From assembly GCA_030704615.1 (NCBI GenBank), contig CM060733.1:28582001-28646000 (forward strand): a stretch of DNA of 64,000 bases, in the 5' to 3' direction. Below are positions 37,356 to 49,989 of this stretch, piece by piece (the stretch's first letter is position 1; each line of letters begins with the position of its first letter). A program made the translations under genes and the position numbers. Origin of the DNA: Takakia lepidozioides (lineage: Eukaryota > Plantae > Bryophyta). A model generated the notes under the pieces. It searched no databases. It was given only the letters and a program-made list of their open reading frames with translations, and was not told where the DNA came from.

Positions 37356-38219
37356 TAGATTGTCTTTAAAGATTTGTTACCACAGATCGCTGTAACAACG
37401 AACTACGCAGAGAGAAACTATTCATAAACACATCAGCCTATATTCATTCATGCATGCAATCATTCTAAAAATTCTGGTACGCGTCGTTAGTCGCCAAAAC
37501 CGTGTGATCACATCGTATTATCTACACTCCTTTGGTTACACTCCTTTGGCCAGCGTAAATAACCGCCTCAAAATTCCCTTCGTTAAAATCATTACCTTCT
37601 CAAACAGGAAATTTTGTCCTGGCAACAGGTACTTTACTAAAGGCGTAAATCCCTAGGCGAAATTCGTAAGGTGACAACTTTAAGGGGCCCATGAAGGGGA
37701 CACCTTGTGATGCTCAAAACGCGTTAAGGGCGAGATGCTTCGTCCTTTGCAGAAACGCTTTGATAAGGGGGATGTGGCTCGGCAGAACAGCTTCAAGACG
37801 AGGGGGGGAATCAATCGCAGAGGAGCCGTCAACAAAAGTAGTGGATGCACGATAACACACAGGAACTCTAAGGCACTGTCTCCCTGTCACACTCACTGCC
37901 GCATATCGTCTGTACACACAGCTACCAGTACACAGGAAATGAACACCAAAATGCCACCTCCAGTCTGAGGTGTGCAGTGATCCAAGTGTCTGACATGTCA
38001 TCGCCATCTGCTGCGGCGCTATTGGCTTAAGGCCAAGACATCTAATCTACTCCGCAAAAACTGATCACCGTCTATGATACTTAATGCAGAATTCTAACGG
38101 TATACAAACAATAAGTAAAGCAGGAGCTCTGCAGCTCATATACGCGGAATGAGGAAGCTTCATAAGTTCATCTGTCAGGGAGAGAACGGGCCATCACAAC
38201 CTTGGTTTCTCACGCCAGT

Positions 38220-38290
38220 GAAGGGCAGCTGATTACTGGGGCTTCACGCACTGGTAAAGGGTGGAAGGGCCTCATCAGCTGCCCTTCCCC
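38220..38290. repeat. Short hairpin element, copy 1
   Basis: 14-bp perfect inverted repeat gaagggcagctgat / atcagctgcccttc; related to 42211-42312. Confidence 0.7.
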
Positions 38291-38361
38291 TATGCATAAC
38301 ATAATTCTGAATACACATAAGAGTTAATCATATACATGATGGAGGAATGACCTATGCTATG

Positions 38362-41038
38362 TTACTGTCCCGATTGTGCAGTCAGCAAACTCGACTGAAG
38401 ACTCAAAGACTGGAGTTCTGCTACAAAAGAAGCCACGTTCTTGTGGGAAGAGCCGCCGGGTGCTACAGCATTTCGTACGACAACACTCAGATCCTTGACA
38501 TTTTTCCTCAACATCTCTCCTCTCTCATCTTCCATCAAAAGCCTCACGGCCCTCTCTACCTCCTCCTTGCCAACCACCCCATCCAATCCCTCGTGGACCT
38601 CAACAGCAACTTTTAGTACGTCGACGGCAAACGTTTTGTTCAGAAATTGCTCGGCATCCATCGGCCAACCTATAATGGGCACGGCCATGCAAATGCTCTC
38701 GACTGTGGAATTCCACCCACAGTGGGTCAGAAAACCTCCAACCGCAGGATGGGCAAGGATATGCAACTGTGGTGCCCATGCAGAGAACACCAATCCCCGC
38801 TTCTTGGTCCTCTCCATGAAACCTTGGGGGAGGAAGGCAGAAATGAGGGGGACTGAGTCACCTTCACTACCTTGTGGAAGTCTTAGAACCCAAAGAAAAC
38901 TTTTCCCACTCATCTCAAGCCCGAGAGCTAGATCCAGAATCTGTGTCGCGGAGAGAGTAGCATAGCTTCCAAAGGAGATATACAGAACGGATGAGGATGG
39001 CTGTGTGTTCAACCAGTCAATGCACTCATGCTTGTCTATACTCGCTTGTGATTCATTGTTGAAGCTGTTTCCCTTTATGCCATTTAGTAGTGTGGGTCCC
39101 ACCGTTAAGATCCGAGGCACCTGCAAACAACAGGCTAATGTCATGTAAATGATATCCAGTAATGTATGCACATAGCTTTCATACTCGTTGGAGAGCTCTG
39201 TAGAGATGCTTCTAACATCATGTCACGAATCGACATACAGCTTTGCTCCAGCAGACATACAGATTCAACAAGTGAACTAAGCTATATTTTAGTATTGTAG
39301 TCAGTGGAGATCCAGATGCATGATTATTCTTAAGCTTGATCCACTGGTGACCGACGCGCTGTCACCTAGCAGTATCTTCGCTCTCACACTTCCCTCTTTT
39401 GGAACTGTCACAGAAATAAATAAAGTAGTTCAATAACCTCTTTGAATTTTCCCCTACCTAAGTTTATGACACTTCCGTGGTGGATCTTTGGGGAACGTAG
39501 AATTCTGCAGTGCCCTCAGTCACAACACCTCGTGGCCGGTGATGAATTGGGGTATCCCAGATCTATCATTTTCAAACTATTGTAGAAGTCAAATGTGAGG
39601 GTATCCTAGTTTAAGTCAGTTCCAACTCAGCCAGTAATATCCAAGTAAGAACGTCGAGACACTGACCTGAGTCTTCGAACCACGGCGAATTACATCGGGA
39701 AGTCCTTCGATAACGGAAGAGTCCATTTCGTGAACACTATCCACAAGAAACCCTGCAGCTTCCCACAAACTGTTTATCGTAACCGACCAAAATTCGCTAA
39801 TTGGATTCTCCAGCCGCAAAGTTGAAGGCAGGTCGCTAGGTTTGATGGGAGGAAACCCCGGAATGATAAATGGAGTCTGGTCAGCTGATGTGACAGGAAT
39901 TCGACCGTGTGCAACGAAAGAGCGTAAGTGGCAACACAGGGAAAGAAAATGTGTTGATGGAAACACACAATATCTCGGAATTGAATACTTGGTTGCTGTA
40001 ACCTGCCATAATTCAAGTTGTGTCACTCGTGAGGTGTATGTCCGGACTAAATATCTAAACAACTAACATCTGCAAGCTGAGGCTTGCCGAAGGAATAGTC
40101 ATATATGGTGTCACTTCACCACGGTCGACACCTTTCGGCTGGAACCCTCTCATGAGTCCCCAAACACCCCAAAGTAACTAACCGGTATCCCTTTTCATGG
40201 CTGGGTCGGCCATACTAGGCTACTTCCAGCATACATCTAGACCTTATACTCTCACCACTGGGCCACTTGGCAGATTGCACACAATGTTACAGATCTCGGT
40301 GAGGGCATGCATGTCACTTGCTAGATAGGGTAGATAGTGCACTATCCTCCCCCAAATCCGACAGATCTATCTAAAGATTATCTAGCAGAAATGTTGTAAA
40401 TCCTTGGCAGGCTAGCTGACCAGTTCACCGGCATATTTTTGGTGAGTGAATGGAAAGCCTCCATGATTCCCACTTTAATTGGCAATCTTCCCGACGAAAA
40501 GCTCAGTCAAAATACCGAGTGCCAGGTACGAAGTTTCTAGGTTGTTGTAACTAGTGTCAAAAACGATGGACACATACAAATGAAACGCTAAATCTAAGCT
40601 CTCTTGTACACTCCAATGAAATCATACCTGAGTCCAACCCAAGAACATGTCGGAGATGATGCATGCAGGAGGACCTACGAGGGAAGCCGTGGGAGGGTTC
40701 ACCAGTGATCTTATGAGTTCTTCAAAGGATTCTTTTATAGTGGGTGATGACGCTGCCATCCTCAGGCCAAGAAATGACGCGCCATATAGAGTGGCATATT
40801 CTGTAGGAAACTCAACAGCTACCAAATGAATACTGTGGCTGAATGCGAAATCGGCGTCATCGGTGAGGGCTTGTTTCGCGCTAGAGAGATGTGGGGTCGT
40901 GGTCACAAAGGTGACAGTGACGCCATTGCTAGCCAAGACCTTCGAGAACTCCACGAATTGCACAATGTGGCCTGGCGCAGGAAAGGGGAAGGCAACCACA
41001 TGGGGTGCTGGACGGAGTTTAGATGCCTCGATCACCAT
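38362..41038 (-). CDS. Family-1 UDP-glycosyltransferase, 3 exons (41038-40628, 40002-39667, 39120-38362), 501 aa
   Basis: PHVVAFPFPAPGHI with catalytic His, CIISDMF, PSPG box WAPQLHILAHPAVGGFLTHCGWNSTVESICMAVPIIGWPMDAEQ; two phase-0 GT-AG introns give an open frame. Confidence 0.93.
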
Positions 41039-41462
41039 GTCGCCAAGGAAGGTGTCTTACAGTAGAGTTCTGCAGAAAACGGAAAAAGTTCCCATCAATT
41101 TGACAGAGAGACTACTCAGGCTGAGTGGGAGATATAGTACTCCTACACAAACACATTGTTTCCAAATCCTCTAGTTAGATTCCATCCAGACTGAAATCTG
41201 TTTGGCTTGTGTGCAGGCTGTAAAATTACACGAGTCAGACCACGTCCATTGGTGATGAAACTAGCACTTGAAGAAACATTAGAGGTGGGTACCCCGGAGA
41301 AATGAGCTTTCGGAAGCCTTTAAAAGCATTTGAAAACAACATGGAAACGATTTCAGTCCATTTGGTCCTTGTACATTGAAAGCCTTCATTCCAATTGAAA
41401 CACTACCATGGACGATCACAGTCCGACATTGACATCTTAACCATAGTCACTATGGTCAGTGG

Positions 41463-41578
41463 ACTGAGCATATGGTGAAGAAAACAACCTGAAAGCAAAC
41501 ACTTCTTCACCACATACTCAGTGACCTGCTCAAACACTTCTTGATTAAGATGTCACTGATCATATGGTGAAGAAAACA
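41463..41578. repeat. Three-arm inverted/direct repeat upstream of the UGT
   Basis: Arms at 41463-41482 and 41552-41574 are direct copies, both complementary to 41503-41525. Confidence 0.75.
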
Positions 41579-42210
41579 GGGCCTGGAAGAAAACATCGTT
41601 GTTTCGGTAGCAACGTACAGTATGGAGGGTGAAGTGTGCAGGCTGAACACAGACAGAGCTGAGTGTGATGTACGGGGGTGCATTGCCATAACTAAAGCAG
41701 GCCGGCCGCGTAGGCAGAGAGCAGATGCCGGGTGCTGTTGCCCTCACGGAAGGCTGACCTCTCCATGAATGACTTAAGACAGAATCCCACGAGGACAGTG
41801 TGTTTCCCCTCTCTGTGAGGGAAAGCTCCACTGTAAAGTCCGGAAGTAAATACTTATACGGACTATGAGTCTATGAAACCATCACGTGGAGTGCGTGTGA
41901 CGTGGTACATGCGAAGGCAAGGCTACAAAGCCAGGCTGCAAACAACCCTGCTCCGTTAAAACCAAGCTCAGTCCTTTATTAGTGTCTAAAGGCTGATTAA
42001 ATTCCCAACTACTATAACTTACACTTGGGTACAGGCTCATGATCGATCCACTCACAGTGTGCGTGTAAATTCTAACGGCACTTGATGGGTCCGTAAAAAC
42101 CCGCCTAGAAATTCGTCACTCTTCTCAGACGGGAAGTTTCAGCCTGCCGCCTTACTTACGAAATTCTGACAGCGACCATTTTGGGGGCCCAGGACGAGAC
42201 ACGTAACGTT

Positions 42211-42312
42211 GGGCAGTTGATGAGGCCCTGGAACACGGTGAACAAGTACGATAAGTCCCATTCTTGTTAACGGGTGGAAGGGCCTCATCGAGTCATCAGC
42301 TGCCCTTCCCCT
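42211..42312. repeat. Short hairpin element, copy 2
   Basis: gggcagttgatgaggccct ... agggcctcatc(gagtcatc)agctgcccttccccta. Confidence 0.7.
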
Positions 42313-43129
42313 ACACAGAATACTGTGCAATTTGCACAGGCTCATCATGGACTCGTAATGTGATTGTGAGGTTCTGCTGGCACTTGATGAGGCCATAAAT
42401 GGGGTTCAGGTTTCGCCGCTGGCGAATAAAGAATGTTGAATGGGCCCTTGCACGAGGTGCGCGAGCTGGCTTGCCAGGCTGTCATTTTTTGAAAAAGTAA
42501 CCCCTGACGTAAGCAATTGGAATAACTGGGTGAAAATGAAAAATCTGCCGAATCTGACCGCATCTACAAATGTCGGTGCCTTTCTAAGCAATCCGCTGTC
42601 GGATTGTTTTTGGCCGGGCTTTTAAAATTGGGAAAATCTTGGTCTGGGTTTGGGTCCGGGTATTTGAACACCAGGTAGCACGTCCTTTCAGGGAAGAGAC
42701 CTATAACCGTTCACAACATCGGAAAATGTCGCCTGATGAGATACATCCCGTCCATGGGACATGTGGGTAGTTATCCAGCAGTTGGCTTTGCCACTCTATG
42801 CAAATCGATGTCAGTGCGCACTGAAGCAGAGCCCTTTCTGGAGGTTGGCGGCTGCACATATATATTTCTGATGGTCATGTTCGCTATAAGTGTACTGGTT
42901 GCTGCTTCTGGTGTTTCCTTGCTCCCTCTCACTGCGTTGTTGTAGCACTGTTCTGTACTGGGTCCCTCTGACCTCTAGGAGATGTATTTAGAACTCTGAG
43001 CGAGAACCATTGAAGGAGTGTAACTTGTTTGTGGGGGAAAAAGAGTCTCTACTGGGACCTGTGTAGTCTGGTGCTAGATACTGTTTGTGATCGACGTTGC
43101 AGCTAGATTTGTCGAGAATATTAGCAACC

Positions 43130-44479
43130 ATGTCATTCGGTGGCATTGAAGGTGAGGTGCAGTCTGGCACACTCGAGCAGCAGCGGTATCTAGATAACAA
43201 AGCATGGTTACATGCAATGGACTTCTTGACCATGAGCTCAGTGCCTGCAGCTTTGAAAGCCGCCGTTTTACTGAACGTTCCGGAAACCATCGCCAAAGCT
43301 GGGCCTGGTGCCGGTCTTACAGCTGAAGAGCTTGCTTTGCGAGTCGTGCCAGGAAAACAACTCAATGCTGTCTACTTGGATCGAATTCTACGTGTGCTAG
43401 CGAGCCAGGATTTCTTCAGCGAAACTATGGTGAAACAGTCAGATGATACCAAGATGGTGCGTCGTTACGGGTTACTGCCAGTGAGCTACTATTTTATCAA
43501 GAATAAGGAGGGGGTCTCGTCTGTACCGATTCTGTTGATGAGCCAGGACCCGATTATCATGGACTTTTGGCAGCAACTCCACAGCACAGCTCTTGATGAA
43601 ACATGTGAACCTTTCAAGAAAGCACATGGAAAGAGTGCATTTGAGTATGGCACTGAAGATCCACGATTTAATGCAGTGTTTAACGCAGCGATGTCCAACC
43701 ATTCTCTAATCTTCATGCAGCTTGTCTTGGGTGCCTACCAAGGCTTCGGCGATGTGAAGCGTTTGGTAGATGTAGGGGGAGGCTTGGGCTCCTCCATCAG
43801 CCTCATCACTAAAAAGTACCCCCACATTCAGGGTGTAAACTACGACCAGCCCCATGTTGTTGCAACTGCCCCTTCTTATCCTGGTGCGCCCTGAACACTT
43901 TCTCCATTTGAGTTTTGCATGTCCCTGGTCTGTGCTATAAGATTCAGAGTTGTTATTCCCGTGCATGCCAGGTGTGGAGCATAAAGGTGGCGACATGTTT
44001 GAGAGTGTACCATCGGGTGATGCAATTTTTATGAAGGTCCCCTGCTGACCCTGTGCCAATATTCAGTCTGCATCCCTCTGTCTTTACCTCTCAAGGATGA
44101 GTTTTAACGGTCATGTTGCCGAAATTCTCCTACCTTGACACTGGAGAGTACTTGTGAATCATTGTAACAGTGGATATTGCACGATTGGAACGATGACGAT
44201 TGCATCAAGCTGTTGAAGAACTGCTACGAGGCACTCCCACCCAATGGAAAGGTTATAGCAGTTGAATCAGTGGTGCCTGTGGACGTTGATCATGGGGCAG
44301 GCGCTCGAATGATCTTCCGCATGGACCTCATCATGTTGGCCTTCAGCCCACTAGGCGCCAAGGAGCGCACTGAGGAGGAACTTCGGCGTCTGGCTATGGC
44401 AGCAGGCTTTTCAAGCCTGGACAGTGTTGTCACTTTGGGTGAACTCTCCGTATTGGAATTCGTGAAGCATGAGGTCTGA
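43130..44479 (+). CDS. SAM-dependent O-methyltransferase, COMT-like, 3 exons (43130-43883, 43972-44036, 44171-44479), 375 aa
   Basis: Dimerisation domain, [29 protein letters not shown]; GT-AG introns at typical plant COMT positions give an open frame. Confidence 0.94.
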
Positions 44480-46641
44480 TCTTCTGCACTCTATAATCCA
44501 CAGTGTAATTGTTTACCGTCCGGAACGGTACATCAAGACGCTTGGGTAAATGTTTGAATGCAGGGGTCTTCTGGCTGATATGGACAGTCGTCGGACGCCC
44601 TTTGTGTTTTCTCTATAGTTTGCAGTTCAATCTATTACTTACGAGAGTGAGCCCATTTGAAAATTTGTTGTATGGGCGCAAGCGTACAGGACTCCTCTAG
44701 ATAGTGTGGTAGCTGACCTGTGTGAACGGCCTCAAGCCTTTGTGAACAATGTGCTTCTTGCTCATACTACAGTTCAAGATAGAACCAAAGTCAATATCAA
44801 TCTGGCTCAGGTAAAGGCATTGCATGCAGATTAGGCAGTACGAACGTAGGGTTGTGTATTCACAGGAGTTCATGGTGGATCAAACGGTATGCGGACGCTG
44901 ATATCACATAGGGAGATAGAATCAAAGAGAAAAGCCAGGATAGAAGGGCCCGATCTCATTCATGAGCAGCTCCCTGGCAATCGTTTTCTTCTCTTATTGC
45001 AGCATGCCGCTAGTGTTTCTCCAATAGCTAACCATGTTCATGTAGCTGCACATCTCTCACCTGCCTCAACGTAGAGGGGAGATCGTTGCAGCTTAAACCC
45101 CCATTGCGAGAAACTGCGCGCAGAAGGAACAAGGCACGACCTGTAGCATTAACGGCGGCTCTTTGTTTCCTTCGTTATATTTAGTGGGGATTGATCACCC
45201 CTCTTCCCAAGCCACAAAGATGTTGTAGCGTAAACACACGGGGGATATAAACAGGTGGCGGATAAACGAAGGTGTTTGGGGTTGGATGTGAAACAGATGA
45301 ATGGAAGTACGCTGAGATGACCGAATGCATATCACCGTCCTCGCACATGTCAGCGCCATCATATTTCTTCTCGGATTCGGAGGTAGTTGGAGGTAATTGT
45401 CAAGTAACTAGATTTGGAGAAACGTTGATTATTCGACAGGAGATTTCCATACAAGTAGAGACTGAAAATTAGATTGTAAGTTGATTCTCTCTCTGTATTT
45501 CTCAAACAAGTTACAAAAGTCAGTACTTACTACTTACCGGGATGATGATCGAGGGTAAAGATAAGATAAAGTTTCTTTAACGTCCAGTGAATTTACAGAG
45601 CCTACTGCTCAACACACAGGCCATCGAGGTAGTGAGGAAAAAAGAGGCGGTGATGAAGTTATAGGAGGAGACTGGGACTATGACACTTAGAAAATGTTTA
45701 TCACAATAGAAAGTTGTTTAAATTCTCTGAAATACCCAAGTTTAGATGAAGCATCTTGGAAATTTAACAAAGGGTTGTCGGAAGATGTTGTCGAGAAAAT
45801 ATGGGCCACATGCCCTTAAAGATTCATGCATATTTACAGGACACAAGTACCTGCAATGCAAATTTTGCCGCATCTAGGCTAGCTGCACAAGGAAAGTCAT
45901 TGAACATCACTAATACACTGTCGCTTCCCCATGCTCTTTTTGTAAAAAATTAATTTATACGCCACTTTAGGTTCATGAATATGCTATACCAGTTGGAGGT
46001 AAGTAGACTTATGCTTACCCAACCAGGTGAATGTAAACATGGCAACCTTGCCGGTATGGTGCCGGCGACATGCGGGCGAAGCTTGATGTTAAATCCCCAC
46101 CCCCCGGCTGCCCCCCTCTTGCTCGCTGGCTCGTATTGTACGTTTTAATTAGTGTTGGTCAGAAGGGTCCTGGTAATAATGAATTATTATGATGGAATCC
46201 AGATTCACGTTGGCGTGCAGTGCGTTATCCAATCCAACCACCGACTCTCTTTCTTTCTTGGGAGTTAGTCCTCTTACTTACAACAAGTACAGCAGAGCTC
46301 TTCGGAGCCTGGCGCGCGCACCCCGTGGTACCTAGGGGGCCATTGCCTTACGTTGAAACATTAAAGGCAGCTACTCATGTTTAGTGGCCACATCTGGAAC
46401 TTAAAGTACAAGCTCATCATGGAGTGAGCATAAACATTAAACACTAAGGAAAAAGCCTGGTCTTAAAGAAGCCGGGGTAAAAGTTCTGTAGCTTTGCGAT
46501 CGCATGCATTTCACGTGTTCACACCTGCTTCACGTAATGGTATGGCCGACTACCCCTCAATCAAGTCTCTTTCAAGTTTCTTAAATGGGTGGGGTGGCCG
46601 TTTCTGCATAGTTTTTAGGTTTGATGAATTGCAGTTTTTAG

Positions 46642-46714
46642 GGAAGTGCCGATTCTGCACTCGGAATAATCGGCACTCGGAATCGGCTATTCCGAGTGCA
46701 GAATCGGCACTTCC
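46642..46714. repeat. 27-bp perfect inverted repeat with 19-nt loop
   Basis: ggaagtgccgattctgcactcggaata / tattccgagtgcagaatcggcacttcc. Confidence 0.9.
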
Positions 46715-48377
46715 TGATGTACAGAATCCGCACTTTGAAGGTGAATAACACAACTTTTATTTTCTTATAGAGGAAAAGGAACAGAGGCCCTTTTCAATGA
46801 TCAAATTAATAAGGAAGAGTTAACAGAAGTGTTAAAAATAACCACTAGGGAGGCCGTGAAGGCTAACAGAGGGGGAAGTACCCCGAAACCATAGCAAACA
46901 AGCTACTGAGCAAGTGAGGGAGCAGGGGGAGGCAGGTTGAAGATCAGTCAGCAGTAAGGCATGAAGGCCGAGTGAAAACTACTGCTAACACTATAGAACC
47001 AGACAGATAAGTCCATGAGTGCGCAAACAGAGAGGCGAGTTGGAGCTGAAGCAGATGCAGGCCCCGGGGGTGTAGGCGGCCTTTAAAGACGTCAGGCCTT
47101 GAAGGTGCTTGGTAGGTGTTGCTGGAGTGATGTGACGATGAACCACAGTGTACCATAGAGATCTTCGGATAAGCGGAGAGGTATCAGAATTTGAGCTGAG
47201 TCGTTGATTTGTTGTCTCTAGGCTTCTTGTGGCGCAACACAACATTCAAAAGTAGAAAATGAGCGCCATACAGACAAAATTCAAAAAAGTCAGCCAGCTG
47301 AAATTCAATTTACAAGGACACAAAAATTGTAGAATTGGAGTTCAAAAACTCAGTTGAACTGTACACCAATGAATGAGACATTGAAACTGAAGAAGCTCCT
47401 GAATAGCTAGGAGCTTCTGTGGGGCACATGCGCCATGGACGGTGCTTCTACCCTAGTGCATTTGCTTCTGGAGGTGGAATGCAGGGATGTAGGAACTGTT
47501 CTTAGTGTTGTGCACATAGACCTAAACTCCTTGAATTTACTGTTAGTTAGTAGATTTGTTAGAATCTCGGTGGTAGTTTCGATGAGCCCCTCAAAGCTTT
47601 TATAAATGTTGTTTTGTTGTTGTGCGAATTTCATAGCATTCATTGTGGCTGTGGTTCTCTATGGTGATTTCTACACAGGAGGCAAGAGACACTACCTTTG
47701 TGAGGGGCTCACTCCACAGGTGGAACTTCCAAACAATTTTTGGGAAGCATTGATTTGCTGTGTGTGTTCTGCCCAGCAGTTGACCCCAACATCGCCAGGG
47801 CTTTAGGAGCTGAGCTAGTCCAAGTGTGGGCATCGCTCGGTGGCAGCCAGACTATCACAAGGGGATGTATTGATGGAGGCCAAAATTGGAACCGTCACCC
47901 TGCCGCAGGGTGTGTTGTATTATCAGTGGTCAATATCCAAACTAGGTATGCAACCTCTGCAAACTTGCACGATTTGTGATATGGCCAAATGAATGAATGC
48001 TCAGCTTACACTAATACAACTATTGGGAAGGGATTTTTGTATGCTACCAGTGAACAGCTACCGAGCACAAGAAGAAGCGATCATCTCAAACGAAACTCAT
48101 TATGTTACTCAAATTTATCGGACGAAGCTACACTGCACACAGACCTTTAATCATGGAACGCTCTTAGGCAGAGCGGCCTTACCCTATACATGTGAAGCAG
48201 TCTGTGCGAAATTCCTTGGATTCACCCAAATTGGGCACTGGTTCTACGGCACAAACCTACACAGCAGACGTCTTCTTATGAGTACATTTTATGTTTATCC
48301 ATCCCCCTTGAGGATGTGGACCCAACTAATGTAGCTCATGGCTGTAATACACAGGAATCCATGTTATCCAGGTGTGA

Positions 48378-48593
<216 letters not shown>

Positions 48594-48717
48594 TAAACTT
48601 TAACACGTGTATGTAGCCCTAGCAGGCTGAACTCTCTGCCATTTTCTCTGAGATGATAGTAGTCTTAAGGGATTATACCTCAGAAGGTACCTTCTAGCCA
48701 ACAATTTCCGTGATCAG

Positions 48718-48736
48718 TCTCTCTCTCTCTCTCTCT
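48718..48736. repeat. (CT)n microsatellite
   Basis: tctctctctctctctctct. Confidence 0.8.
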
Positions 48737-49989
48737 TTGAAAATCTCGAGGCTGAGCCAAAAGCCCAGGCCCTTCTGAGGCCTAGTTTTTGGTCAAATCA
48801 CACACAGCAGATTGATGCTTGTGTGAAGGGATTTCTAGAGGATATCTGGAAAACCTGAATCAATTCTATGTATAAAGGTAAGTCTTACTACCAATGTCAG
48901 CCCCTGACAGAGGTAGGTTCTGTCCCTTTGGTTTCCACTCAAACTGGGCGCGGGGTCAATGGCCACAAGGCTACGGCAAGAATAGGAAAGGCACCAGATT
49001 ATCCCTCCATACTATAACTAGCTGCTATATTAAACTGTCTTCCGGTCCTTGCAAATGCTACTCAGGATGCTTTGCAGCAGATTGTGTTGACAGTGCACTG
49101 CTGGAGGAAGGGCACACTCCATGCACTGGAGCTCAAATTGAAACAAAGGATTATGATCAAGTTGCCAATAAGCCAAGGATTGCACACACTATGAAATACC
49201 TCATCATTGCAGGAGGGCCCAACAGATCTCTCGATTCACTGAATCCCTTGTATGTTGGAGGGCATGAATAAGGGAAACCAATGTCTGCATAGACATTAGA
49301 TCTTTCAATCTCACAGATCCTGAGTCAGTATATTCAGCGACATGGCTGTCCGTCTAAGTGTTACAGATGGAACTTCTGGTGAGTTTGCAAAGTTAAGACT
49401 AAGCTGTGCAGGGAAAGGATGCAAGGGTGTTTACAGCACCTTTCTCAAGGCATCTCTGACAAATACACTAAGGTTTATGCCCACATAATCAGAGCAAGAC
49501 TCCATGAAACTTCTATTGGGAGGTTGTTTCCAAGCTGCAGTAATTATCCCAGAGACAAATCCATGTAGCACGGGGACAGCCCTGCTAAAGGCTTCTGCAA
49601 CAAAAGATGTGTACATGAAAGGTGCAGTACAATTCAGGCTCATGGTGCCAAAGAAAGACGTTCCAATGCTTCAGGAGTCCGTTGAACCCCTATACCTTTG
49701 TCTCTGTCTCTGCTTCTCTGCTGCTCATGGGGCCTGCTATTACAGACAGTAAACTCTCCACTGAATTTCCAACCTTGGCTAGTACTATATGCATGAATGT
49801 ATTGAGCAACCCCTGCTGTGACATGCACCAGCTGTCAGCATAGGCGTATGGCTTCCATGTGAGAGGGCAGAATAACTAGAGCAAATTCAGAGTGTCTCTA
49901 CAGCAAAGAGCTTGTGAAACACTCCCATGTGCGAGAATTTTCCCACTGGATCTTACACTGGTCACAGAGCCGCTGATGGTGGCACTCGC

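Noticed and set aside
46750-47250. Possible LINE 3' end
   Set aside because: No recognisable motif, tail or TSD could be supported
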